From positions 7,246 through 71,245 of the forward strand of contig WQZK01000001.1 in NCBI GenBank assembly GCA_009780765.1: a stretch of DNA of 64,000 nucleotides, written 5' to 3'. Under the pieces are notes generated by a model that saw nothing but the letters and a program-made list of their open reading frames with translations, was not told the origin of the DNA and did not search any database. The translations under genes were made by a program, and so were the position numbers. Of this stretch, positions 39,157 to 48,141 are shown in pieces (within the stretch, counting starts at the first letter, position 1; each line of letters starts with the position of its first letter). The DNA is from Defluviitaleaceae bacterium. Its GTDB lineage: Bacteria; Bacillota; Clostridia; Lachnospirales; UBA5962.

Positions 39157-39750
39157 ATGTCAAGTGCTTTAGATTTAATTATGCAGCTTGCTGCGGAGAA
39201 TAACGGAATTCTGTTTGCGTCGGATGCAAGCAAGCTAGGGATTTCAAGAGAGAGCTTGCGGCAGGCTAAGTTGGCGGGGCTGATTGAGAGTGTCAGTCAT
39301 GGTGTTTATGTCACTGCCGAGACCTTGCCTGATGATGCTTTTATTTTGCAACGCAAGTATGATAAGGCTATTTTTTCGCATGAGACGGCAGCCTATTTTT
39401 TGGGGTTTACAACACGAGACCCGTTGGTGTTCTCGGTGACAGTGCCATCGGGGTATAATTCAAGACTTCTCACTGACGGCAATGCAAAGATTTATTATAG
39501 CGCCGAAATCAAACAAGAGGATATTGTTGTTACAAAGACTATGTTTAATAGAGAAGTGAGGTGCTTTAATATTGAGAAAACTATTGTCGATTTTTGCTCC
39601 GGTAATTTCAAAGGGGATAAGGATGTGGCTTTGGAAGTTATCAAGGCGTATGCTCGTTCTAAAAACAAAAATATTTCAAAACTGATGAGCTATGCTACGA
39701 CAAAAAAAGCCAGAGACACAATCAGGGGATATATGGAGGCACTTTTATGA
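39157..39750 (+). CDS. abiEi: Type IV toxin-antitoxin system antitoxin, AbiEi family
   Basis: N-terminal wHTH 'LIMQLAAENNGILFASDASKLGISRESLRQAKLAGLIESVSHGVYV' and 'AIFSHETAAYFLGFT'. The stop overlaps the abiEii start (ATGA). The ATG at 39157 is preferred to the track start at 39106. Confidence 0.85.
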   Translation: MSSALDLIMQLAAENNGILFASDASKLGISRESLRQAKLAGLIESVSHGVYVTAETLPDDAFILQRKYDKAIFSHETAAYFLGFTTRDPLVFSVTVPSGYNSRLLTDGNAKIYYSAEIKQEDIVVTKTMFNREVRCFNIEKTIVDFCSGNFKGDKDVALEVIKAYARSKNKNISKLMSYATTKKARDTIRGYMEALL

Positions 39751-40694
39751 AAACATCAAGGCAATTAAACGATTTAATCAAAAACCTTTCAAGACAAACT
39801 GGCATTAACGCACAGGTTTTGCAAAAGCGATATTTTATTGAGAGATTTTTAGAGAGAGTTTCTCTTTCGGAGCAAAAACAAAAATTCATCATTAAGGGAG
39901 GCGTGCTAATTTCTGCCCTTGTAGGAATAGCCGCCCGTTCCACAATGGATATTGATATTACAATCAAAAGAATGCCGTTGCATTTAGAATCTGTTGAATA
40001 CGCTGTCAAGAAAATTATTGCCATTAAGATGGATGACAATGTTGAATTTGTTTATAAGGGAGCGGAGAATATTCGGGACGAAAGCGACTATGAATGCTTT
40101 AGGGTAAGCCTTGATGTTATCTTTGACAGGGTGCGTGATAACATCAAGCTAGACATTACAAAAGGCGATGCAATAACTCCTAAAGAGATTGAATTTGGTA
40201 TTGAGACGATGCTAGATAAACGGAAGATTGAGTTATACTCATATAATATCGAGACGGTTTTATCAGAAAAAATCGAGACCATTTTGTCAAGAAGTGTTTT
40301 GAATACCCGCATGAGGGATTTTTATGATTGCTACATCATTGATAAAATGTATCGCAATAAAATTGATGTCAAAACATTTTATGCCGCCATTTTAGCAACG
40401 GCAAGCAAAAGGGGCACGGGGCATATTTTTGATAATACGGAAGCGTTAATTGGCGAAATCAAAGCAAGCACCGATTTGAAGAAGCTATGGGACAACTATT
40501 CCAAAACTTATCCGTATGCCAAGGATATTTCATTTGAAGATGCAGTTGCCTCAATAGAGAGTTTGTTTAGTGCATATAACTCTAAAATATATTTAGAAAA
40601 GCTACGAAAAGCAAAAAAATTGCTTTCTATGGGCAGAGAATTAGATGGCGAGCTACTTACTGAAATACTAACCGAGCTGGAGGATAAAAAGTAG
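39747..40694 (+). CDS. abiEii: Nucleotidyltransferase toxin, AbiEii/AbiGii family
   Basis: 'ERFLERVS......FIIKGGVLISALVG...RSTMDIDIT' NTase motifs (GG...DxD) and 'LSEKIETILSR', 'RMRDFYD'. Confidence 0.88.
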   Translation: MKTSRQLNDLIKNLSRQTGINAQVLQKRYFIERFLERVSLSEQKQKFIIKGGVLISALVGIAARSTMDIDITIKRMPLHLESVEYAVKKIIAIKMDDNVEFVYKGAENIRDESDYECFRVSLDVIFDRVRDNIKLDITKGDAITPKEIEFGIETMLDKRKIELYSYNIETVLSEKIETILSRSVLNTRMRDFYDCYIIDKMYRNKIDVKTFYAAILATASKRGTGHIFDNTEALIGEIKASTDLKKLWDNYSKTYPYAKDISFEDAVASIESLFSAYNSKIYLEKLRKAKKLLSMGRELDGELLTEILTELEDKK

Positions 40695-40790
40695 ATAAGT
40701 AAGGAGATTTCGCTTGTTTTTTATAGGTTTATCTGCTACAATATTTATTGTAGGCGACTATACACACTATTCTAACGGAGATAAAAATAT

Positions 40791-41461
40791 ATGGCTAAAA
40801 AATATGGAGCAGGCGAAAAGGGTCTTTTGTACTTTGCGAGGAATCCCGCATTCCCACATTTGACTAAAATAGGCAAGACAACCAAACTAGAGGTTGTGGA
40901 TAGGAACTTGTCATCGAGCAATGTGCCTGATTTATATGATTATCCGGCCATTTTTGAATGTGAAGATGTTGATTAGAGGATGAAATTCATAGACAGTTTG
41001 CAGATTTTCGTCATTTTAGGTCTAGCGGTTCAAAGACAGAGTTTTTTTGGAGCGGTTGTATAGAAAAAGCGATTGAGAGAGCCGAGACATTAAAGGGCAC
41101 AAAAAATGTAACCGAGAGAGAAACTGACAACGAAGAGATAACAGATGAGACGGGTCAAGAAAAGATTATAAGACGCCCCAATAAAGATTTTTATTCTATG
41201 GGATTAAAAGATGGGGACGAGATTTATTTTATAAAGAAGCCAGAAGTTAAGGCTATTATTTGTGGAGCTAAGGCAGTAAAATATAAAGGTGGCAAGCCTA
41301 TGACCATAACGGCTTTAGCTAAGCAAATATTCAAAGACTATAATCTAGGTATAGCTTATCTTGGAGGGTTTGAATATTTTTCGTACGATTCAGATGAAAC
41401 CCTTTATAACAGATACAATAGAATGGATGTTGACGGAAAACTTTATAGACCGCAGGACTAA
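40791..41461 (+). pseudogene. Frameshifted T5orf172/GIY-YIG-like nuclease gene with a DUF4357-like C-terminus
   Basis: ORF 40791-40976 ('GLLYFARNPAFPHLTKIGKTT...VPDLYDYPAIFECEDVD*') continues in another frame from about 40973 ('..DEIHRQFADFRHFRSSGSKTEFFW...'). It then runs without a stop into ORF 41198-41461 ('GLKDGDEIYF...'). A single frameshift lies near 40960-40980. Confidence 0.7.
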
Positions 41462-41525
41462 ATAGGTTTCAATACGAGCACAATCATTTGTCCTAAATTT
41501 TGTTTAGAAAAGGGATAAATAATAG

Positions 41526-41555
41526 TTGCTATTTATATGGTAGTTATGATATAAT
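41526..41555 (+). promoter_or_regulatory. Promoter of the Fic/type I R-M operon (extended -10)
   Basis: TTGCTA (41526-41531), then TGaTATAAT (41547-41555). An AGAGG RBS and the ATG at 41578 follow. Confidence 0.55.
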
Positions 41556-41577
41556 TCTCTTGTGTAGAGGTATCTCT

Positions 41578-42771
41578 ATGCGAGAGGATTTTTTTGTGCA
41601 GGATAAAAGTATTCCAAACAATGGTCTTATAAGACTTACTAATATTAAATTTGAAGAAAACCCCGCTATATTAAAAATGGCGGAGGAGGCTCGTGTTGCA
41701 ATTGAGATACTCAATTACGAATTAAAGAAAAAACCATCGCTGGAAGTGTTTCTTGACACACTTTACATGCAAGAGGCGAGGCAGTCTAGCAGCATTGAAA
41801 ATATTGAGACCACTAATGACGAGTTATTCAAGGCGGTTCTTGGCGTTTTTGATTCAGAGGAAACTAGAGCGGTGCACGCCTATACTGATGCAATAAAATA
41901 TGGCAGCAGTCTCTTAACTCAAAAAGAGATGTTTAACCGAGAGGATATTGACCAGATGCAAGCATTGCTTGGCATTAGTGAAACGGGAGTGCGGAAAAAT
42001 AGCCCGAAAATAGAAACATCCCTTACTCGCATAGTCAACAAAGCGACAGGAGAAATTGTTTATACCCCGCCACATGGCGAAGGGGTTATTAAAAACCTTT
42101 TGGATGATATGTTAGAGTTTGTTTATAGTGATGATATTTACACAATTCATCCGCTTATCAAAATCGCTCTTGCACATCAGCAGTTTGAAAAAATTCACCC
42201 ATATAAAGACGGTAACGGACGCACGGGACGGATAATCAATATTTTGCTTATGGTGCAAAAGAATTATTTATGTGCACCGATATTGTATGCAAGTAATTTT
42301 ATCAACACGCACAAATCAGAGTATTATCAATTTTTGCAGGATTGTGATGACGGTGATTATGTGCCATTCGTGGAGTTCACGTTGACTAGCTTTTTGAAGT
42401 CAGCACAAAAAACGCTGTCGCTGGTTAATGCAATATCTGCAAAAGTTGATGGGTATTCTACTACAGAATACATCAATGAGGAGCGTGGTTTTAAGGGGCA
42501 TACGGAGTTGATTAAAGGCATTATTAAAATAATGTTTACAAAAGTATATTTTACTAGAAAGGATTTAGAGATTGTAATTTGTGTTGATAAAGCTAGTGGC
42601 AAGCCAAAAATAGAAATGCCCAACAAGAACACTATTACAGCATATTTAGAAAACTTTAAGAATGCAGGGCTTATAGAAGAAGAAGTAATGGTTGGCAAAA
42701 AGGGCAACCCAAAAATATTCAAAAATGTGGAGTTGATTCGCATCATCGAAGAGGAAAACAATAATGACTAA
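41578..42771 (+). CDS. Fic-family protein (AMPylase-type, with N-terminal inhibitory motif)
   Basis: Fic motif 'HPYKDGNGRTGR'. The upstream 'SSSIEN' fits the (S/T)xxxE(G/N) inhibitory helix. A C-terminal wHTH-like extension is present. The ATG at 41578 is preferred to the TTG at 41500. Confidence 0.88.
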   Translation: MREDFFVQDKSIPNNGLIRLTNIKFEENPAILKMAEEARVAIEILNYELKKKPSLEVFLDTLYMQEARQSSSIENIETTNDELFKAVLGVFDSEETRAVHAYTDAIKYGSSLLTQKEMFNREDIDQMQALLGISETGVRKNSPKIETSLTRIVNKATGEIVYTPPHGEGVIKNLLDDMLEFVYSDDIYTIHPLIKIALAHQQFEKIHPYKDGNGRTGRIINILLMVQKNYLCAPILYASNFINTHKSEYYQFLQDCDDGDYVPFVEFTLTSFLKSAQKTLSLVNAISAKVDGYSTTEYINEERGFKGHTELIKGIIKIMFTKVYFTRKDLEIVICVDKASGKPKIEMPNKNTITAYLENFKNAGLIEEEVMVGKKGNPKIFKNVELIRIIEEENNND

Positions 42772-44596
42772 ACCAATGATAAAGAATAGACCAGAGCTTG
42801 ATAACAAGATTAAGCATATTCTAAAAAGCGTTGCGAATAAGCTTCGTGGGCTTTATCTAAGCGAAAAATATGGCAATGTAATTATACCTTTTTGTATATT
42901 ACGCCGCTTTGATTGTATGCTGGAAGAAAAGAATGAAGAGATAAAAAAAGCCTTAGAAGTTTTTGCTAAGTTAGAGTCAAAACAAAAAGAAGCCGCTATT
43001 ATGAAAAGATGCGGTGTGCCTTTTTATAATTCTAAGTGCATTACTTTTAGTGACTTATTGGGTGACATCAAAAACATTAAAATAAATTTTGTTGAATATA
43101 TAAAAGCATTCAGCGAGAATGTCCAAGATATTTTGGACAATCTTGATTTTCAAAAAGAAGTCAAAAATCTATCAAAGGGTAACCATTTGCTAGAAATGAT
43201 ACGGGAGTTTGCCGATATTGATTTTAGTTTAACTTCTGTTGACCAACATAGTATGGGATATATTTTTGAAGAGATTATCCGTGAATACAAAGCCAACGCC
43301 GAGGCGGGCGACCACTACACCCCGCGCGAGATAGTTGATTTGTGTATTGATTTAATTTTAGCCGAGCATGCGGAAGTCTTTGGTAAAAAGGATAAAATTA
43401 TAGAAGTGTATGATGGCTGTTGCGGAACAGGAGGAATGCTTTTTACCGCAAAACAACGGGCGAGAGAAAGGCTTGGTAAAAGTGATGATGAGGTAGTCTT
43501 GTTTGGGCAAGATGTTAATCCCGATGCTTATGCTATCTGCAAAGCAGAAATGCTTATACGAGGCGAAGACCCATCTAATATAAAGTTGGGTAGCACACTA
43601 AGCGAAGATTTTTGGTTTGATGATATGCGAAAGTTTGATATTTGTATAACCAACCCACCCTTTGGAGTGGAGTGGAAAATCGACCAAGAGCATGTCAAAA
43701 GAGAAGCGGAAGAGCAATTAGACCCACGCACTCGTTTTAAGCCTAAACTGCCAAGAATAAATGACGGGCAATTACTCTTTATGCAAAATATGTTACACAA
43801 GCTAAAAGACGATGGGCGTATGGCAATTATCCATAACGGCAGTCCATTATTTAGCGGTGATGCCGAGGGTGGCGAAAGTGAAGTTAGACGCTATATATTA
43901 GAGAATGATTTGTTAGAAGCTATTATCGCTTTGCCCGAGCAAATGTTTTATAATACAGGCATAGCCACTTATATTTGGATATTATCAAAGAATAAGAGCA
44001 CAAAGCGAAAAGGTTTTGTGCAGCTTATCAATGCTAACTTGACTAAGGAAGATAATTTTGTGGGTAATGGACAAGGATTATTTTGGACAGACCTAAAACC
44101 GAAATCACTAGGTAACAAGCGGCGTGAAATTAAAGAAACGCATAAAAGCGACATCATAACCATTTATCAACAAAACAAAGAAAATGACTTTTGCAGAATA
44201 TTTCCGAATGCTTTTTTCTTTTATCACAAAGTATTTGTAGAGCAGCCTATGTTGGATGATAAAGGCAACTTGCAATACGACCGCAAAGGCAATCTAATAA
44301 TAGACAAGAAAAAAGCAGATGTAGAGAATATTTCCTATAGGGCAGTTAGCAAGGACGGAAGTTTTGTGTCAGTTGATATAGATTCATACTTGCAAACAGA
44401 AGTCGCACCTTTTGTGCCTAATTACACATATGATACAGCCAAGACCAAAGTAGGGGTAGAAATACCTTTTACACGATATTTTTATAAATACACACCACCT
44501 AAAAAAAGCGATGATTTACTTGTCGATATAAAAGCACTAGAAGCTAAAATTGCTCAAAGTATGGGGAGCATAATAGGAGGTGGCGATGGCAAATAA
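42764..44596 (+). CDS. hsdM: Type I restriction-modification system methyltransferase subunit
   Basis: HsdM_N-like N-terminus ('LRG...KYGNVIIPFCILRRFD'), motif I 'YDGCCGTGGML', motif IV 'ITNPPFGVEW', and 'GRMAIIHNGSPLF'. Confidence 0.93.
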   Translation: MTKPMIKNRPELDNKIKHILKSVANKLRGLYLSEKYGNVIIPFCILRRFDCMLEEKNEEIKKALEVFAKLESKQKEAAIMKRCGVPFYNSKCITFSDLLGDIKNIKINFVEYIKAFSENVQDILDNLDFQKEVKNLSKGNHLLEMIREFADIDFSLTSVDQHSMGYIFEEIIREYKANAEAGDHYTPREIVDLCIDLILAEHAEVFGKKDKIIEVYDGCCGTGGMLFTAKQRARERLGKSDDEVVLFGQDVNPDAYAICKAEMLIRGEDPSNIKLGSTLSEDFWFDDMRKFDICITNPPFGVEWKIDQEHVKREAEEQLDPRTRFKPKLPRINDGQLLFMQNMLHKLKDDGRMAIIHNGSPLFSGDAEGGESEVRRYILENDLLEAIIALPEQMFYNTGIATYIWILSKNKSTKRKGFVQLINANLTKEDNFVGNGQGLFWTDLKPKSLGNKRREIKETHKSDIITIYQQNKENDFCRIFPNAFFFYHKVFVEQPMLDDKGNLQYDRKGNLIIDKKKADVENISYRAVSKDGSFVSVDIDSYLQTEVAPFVPNYTYDTAKTKVGVEIPFTRYFYKYTPPKKSDDLLVDIKALEAKIAQSMGSIIGGGDGK

Positions 44597-45737
44597 GAAA
44601 ACAGCTAAAAAAATAACAAAACCGCAACAAGCTCCCAAGCCCAATCCGTTAAAAGATTATTACATTGCCTATATTGATATTTTAGGTTATGTGCAATTTT
44701 TCAAAGAATATCCAGAAAAAGTTGCAGATTTTCTAAATGATATTCACACAGTTGTTAATCAAGTTGCTCTGCAAACAAATCAGCTTAACGCAGTTGTAAA
44801 TATGATTGAAGCTCCGTTTGAATTTAAGTATAAGATTTTTTCGGATAATTTTTTGTTTTGTCTTGAAGCTCTTGATAAATCCGAATTACCTAAAGATTTT
44901 GATAGAATATTATTTTTGTGGTACTTAAAAATGGTTGCCGAGATACAGGCGATGTTTGTAACTAAGTATGGATTACTTGTTAGAGGTGGAGTTACCAAAG
45001 GGCAGCTTTCTTTTAACGATGATTATATTTTTGGGCAAGGATTAGTTGATGCGGTTAATTTAGAAAAAAAGGCTCAATTTCCAAGAATAATTGTTGATGA
45101 AAGTTTGTATCATATGCTAGCTGCAAGAGATTTGCCTAAAGAGTGCGAGGGAAAAAACTGTGGAAAATTTGAACATGCAAAAAGCATAGAAAATATGGTC
45201 ACAGCACTAGGAAAAACTGTTCTTAGTTTAGATAATGACAAGCTAGTGCATTTATCGTATTTGGATGAAGACAATCCGATTTTTGATGCGATGGCAATTT
45301 TTGGTTTAGATATAAAAAGTATGCTAGGCTTAGTAAGCCAAATAACACAAGTTCCTGATTGTCTGCCACCAAAGTTTTTAGAAATAATCAATGGTATTAT
45401 CAGCAACCTTAATGCCGAAGAACTAAACCGAAAAGCGTTTTGCTTAGAAAGGCTAAAAGCACATAGGGGAGAAATTGTCGCAATGGTTAAACAAAAATGC
45501 GACAAAATTCCAGTAGATTATAAAGCTAACTATAGAGAATTGCAAAAAATTATATGCAAATATAAGTGGGTGCTTGATTATCATAATTGGATTTGTGATA
45601 GATTCAATCACTTAGATTTGAGTATTGTATATAAAGTAGAAATTGTTGCGCTTATGCGATATGATGCAGAGCCTTTATTTTGTATAAAGATTTTGGATGA
45701 GCAGGATAATGGGGAGGTGGCTGATGGTAAAAAATAG
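44586..45737 (+). CDS. Uncharacterised protein, paralogue A: N-terminal class III nucleotidyl-cyclase-like motif pattern plus Cys/His C-terminal domain
   Basis: AGGAGGTG RBS. The start overlaps the hsdM stop. Motifs: 'YIAYIDILGY', 'YKIFSDNFLF', 'VRGGVTKGQLSF..DYIFGQGLVDAVNLEKKAQFPRIIVD', and C-terminal 'CKYKWVLDYHNWICDRFNH'. Coding status is near-certain. The function is inferred only. Confidence 0.6.
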   Translation: MANKKTAKKITKPQQAPKPNPLKDYYIAYIDILGYVQFFKEYPEKVADFLNDIHTVVNQVALQTNQLNAVVNMIEAPFEFKYKIFSDNFLFCLEALDKSELPKDFDRILFLWYLKMVAEIQAMFVTKYGLLVRGGVTKGQLSFNDDYIFGQGLVDAVNLEKKAQFPRIIVDESLYHMLAARDLPKECEGKNCGKFEHAKSIENMVTALGKTVLSLDNDKLVHLSYLDEDNPIFDAMAIFGLDIKSMLGLVSQITQVPDCLPPKFLEIINGIISNLNAEELNRKAFCLERLKAHRGEIVAMVKQKCDKIPVDYKANYRELQKIICKYKWVLDYHNWICDRFNHLDLSIVYKVEIVALMRYDAEPLFCIKILDEQDNGEVADGKK

Positions 45738-46827
45738 TAGCACTAAAAAGAAAACAGTTGTCTCGCAAGAAGTTTGCAAACCAAGTCCATTAAAGGATTA
45801 TTATATCGCCTATATTGATTTAATTGGGTACAGGCAGATTTTTAGTGAGCAACCAGATAGAATAAAGGACTTTCTTAATGATATTCATAATCTTGTAAAT
45901 GCTTTTATAGAAAGAGCCAAGCAAACAAATGCGAGTTTAGGGGCAATATCATCCGATGGATTTCAGTACAAGATATTTTCTGACAACTTTTTAATATGTT
46001 TTCCTGTTCCCAAAAATGCAGACAGGATAAGCCATGTAACTTTTTTAAGAATAATAGCAGATATTCAAAGAGGCTTTATAACAGAGTATAGAATGTTCGT
46101 TAGAGGCGGTGTAACAATAGGGCAGCTATCTTTTAATGAAAACTATATATTCGGAGCAGGGCTTATTAAGGCAGTTGACCTAGAGCAAAAGGCAAGGCTT
46201 CCAAGAATAATCGTTGATAAGGATTTACGGACTTTATTAAATGGTGGAGAAGTGCCTGAGGGGGCGTGTAATTGTGATAAATGTTATGTAAAATATGTTG
46301 AAGAATTGAAAGGTGAAATAGCTTATTTAACGCTACGGAACGCTACTACTTTGGTTGATGCAGATGGCGAGTGTTTTTTGTCTTACTTAGATGTGACTAA
46401 TCAAGATGCCATAATTTACGAGAGAGTGCAAGGGGCAGGCCCTAAGTTAGTATCAAAAGAAATCCTAGAGGCCTGCAACAATTATGCAGACAATAAAGAA
46501 AAAATAGATAATCATTATAAAGAAGCAACGCTTGATAGGTTGACTACACACAGGGCTTTAATTATTGCAATAATTAAAAAGTATTGCCAAGATTTTAGAC
46601 TAGATAAGTCAAGGACGGATTTTCAAGCTCAAGTAAAAGAACTCCAAAAGAGAGTTTGCAAATATAAATGGGTTGTGGAGTATCATAATGAAATTTGTAC
46701 ACGGTTTAATCATTCAAATTTGTTGATACCTTTTGTCATGGAAATAGTGCCGATTATGCACTATGACGCATATCCGCTACTATTTATTATCAAAATACTG
46801 GAAGATGCAGTGGAGGTGAAGTCATGA
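45724..46827 (+). CDS. Uncharacterised protein, paralogue B of 44586-45737
   Basis: GGAGGTG RBS 6 nt upstream of the ATG at 45724. It overlaps the stop of paralogue A, and its own stop overlaps the hsdS ATG (ATGA). Motifs: 'YIAYIDLIGY', 'YKIFSDNFLI', 'VRGGVTIGQLSF..NYIFGAGLIKAVDLEQKARLPRIIVD', 'CKYKWVVEYHNEICTRFNH'. Confidence 0.6.
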   Translation: MVKNSSTKKKTVVSQEVCKPSPLKDYYIAYIDLIGYRQIFSEQPDRIKDFLNDIHNLVNAFIERAKQTNASLGAISSDGFQYKIFSDNFLICFPVPKNADRISHVTFLRIIADIQRGFITEYRMFVRGGVTIGQLSFNENYIFGAGLIKAVDLEQKARLPRIIVDKDLRTLLNGGEVPEGACNCDKCYVKYVEELKGEIAYLTLRNATTLVDADGECFLSYLDVTNQDAIIYERVQGAGPKLVSKEILEACNNYADNKEKIDNHYKEATLDRLTTHRALIIAIIKKYCQDFRLDKSRTDFQAQVKELQKRVCKYKWVVEYHNEICTRFNHSNLLIPFVMEIVPIMHYDAYPLLFIIKILEDAVEVKS

Positions 46828-48071
46828 GAGAGATGAAAGATAGCGGTGTTGAGTGGGTTGGTGAGATTCCTGTTGAATGGAGAACTGCTAGAATGCGCTT
46901 CTTGTCTAAAATTACAACAGGAAGTAAAGATACTGTTGATAGAAATGACGAAGGAGCATATCCGTTTTATGTAAGGTCTCCAAAAATAGAGAAAATTGAT
47001 TCTTACTCTTTTGATGGTGAGGCTGTATTGATGGCAGGTGACGGAGTCGGCGCGGGGAAAGTGTTTCATTATGTAAACACAAAATTTGATTTTCATCAGC
47101 GTGTATATTGTTTTTATGAGTTTGACAAAATACTTGGCAAGTTTTGTTATTATTTTTTGAATGAAAATTTCAAAAAGGAAATGGAGAGAGGCAGTTATAA
47201 AGCAACAGTTGACTCAATTAGACTCCCTATGATTTTGGATTTTGAAGTTACCTTGCCAGATTTAACAACTCAAAAAAAGATACTGGAGTATATTGAGTTA
47301 AAAACTTCTGAAGTTGACAGAGGCATTGCGGAGATTGAGGAAAGCATTGAGAGGCTGATTGAATACAAAAAGTCTATCATAACCGAGGCAGTAACCAAAG
47401 GTCTTGATAAGTTTGCCCTCATGAAAGACAGCGGTATCGAGTGGATAGGCGATATTCCTAAGGGTTGGATTGTAAGTCCACTTAAGAATTTGGGTGAAGC
47501 GATAATAGGTTTGACATATTCGCCAGAAGATATTTCCGAAGAGGGAGTGTTGGTTCTTAGGTCTTCAAATATCCAGCAAGGTAAATTATCTTTTGAAGAT
47601 AATGTATATGTTACAAAAGAAATACCAGAAAAGCTAATGGTAAAAAAAGAAGACATTTTGATTTGTTCTCGAAATGGAAGTAAGGATTTAATTGGGAAAA
47701 GTGTTTTAATTGGCGATGACTTAGAAAATAGTTCTTTTGGAACTTTTATGACAATATTTAGAGGGGAGTTTAACAAGTTTATAAGTTATGTGTTTCTTTC
47801 CGAAATTTTTGATTATCATGTTGAATCATTTTTAACAAGCACGGTGAATCAGTTGACATCAGGCAACTTGAACAATATTAAAATAACAATACCTACCGAC
47901 AAGAACGAGCAACAACAAATAGCTGACTATTTAGATAAAAAATGTGAAAAGATTGATTCTATTTTGCAAGACAAAAAAAATTTAATAGCTAAACTTAAAG
48001 AATACAAACAAAGCCTTATATATGAATATGTAACAGGTAAAAAAGAAGTCCCTGCAGGAGGTGTGGCATGA
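46824..48071 (+). CDS. hsdS: Type I restriction-modification system specificity subunit
   Basis: Two target-recognition halves, each opening 'MKDSG[VI]EW[VI]G[ED]IP..W'. Conserved spacer helices 'LIEYKKSIITEAVTKGL' and 'LKEYKQSLIYEYVTGKK'. Confidence 0.92.
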   Translation: MREMKDSGVEWVGEIPVEWRTARMRFLSKITTGSKDTVDRNDEGAYPFYVRSPKIEKIDSYSFDGEAVLMAGDGVGAGKVFHYVNTKFDFHQRVYCFYEFDKILGKFCYYFLNENFKKEMERGSYKATVDSIRLPMILDFEVTLPDLTTQKKILEYIELKTSEVDRGIAEIEESIERLIEYKKSIITEAVTKGLDKFALMKDSGIEWIGDIPKGWIVSPLKNLGEAIIGLTYSPEDISEEGVLVLRSSNIQQGKLSFEDNVYVTKEIPEKLMVKKEDILICSRNGSKDLIGKSVLIGDDLENSSFGTFMTIFRGEFNKFISYVFLSEIFDYHVESFLTSTVNQLTSGNLNNIKITIPTDKNEQQQIADYLDKKCEKIDSILQDKKNLIAKLKEYKQSLIYEYVTGKKEVPAGGVA

Positions 48072-48141
48072 GCAATGAAAATTTAAGCAACCTTGTTTCC
48101 CGAGGTCGGGTAGCAAGATGTAAAAACATGGGAGGTGCAGC

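Noticed and set aside
42357-42761. Long antisense ORFs within the defence island: 42357-42761, 43528-43800, 43969-44163, 44780-44998, 45110-45505, 46761-47096, 47270-47776, 49200-49403, 49595-49945, 50075-50548, 50583-50861, 51035-51583, 58530-58933, 59516-60047, 60393-60617, 60966-61244, 61579-61818, 62025-62588 and 63755-63973.
   Set aside because: They lie opposite Fic, hsdM, hsdS, hsdR, the paralogue pair, the IIG enzyme and Gabija genes, which have clear motifs. Their translations are Ser/Leu-rich with no start context, so they are not credible as genes.
44586-46827. Calling the paralogue pair a Pycsar (PycC) system.
   Set aside because: Pycsar requires an adjacent effector with a cNMP-binding domain fused to TM or TIR modules, and none is present. 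There are two cyclase-like genes rather than one. Each carries an unrelated Cys/His C-terminal domain. The cyclase resemblance itself is only motif-level inference.
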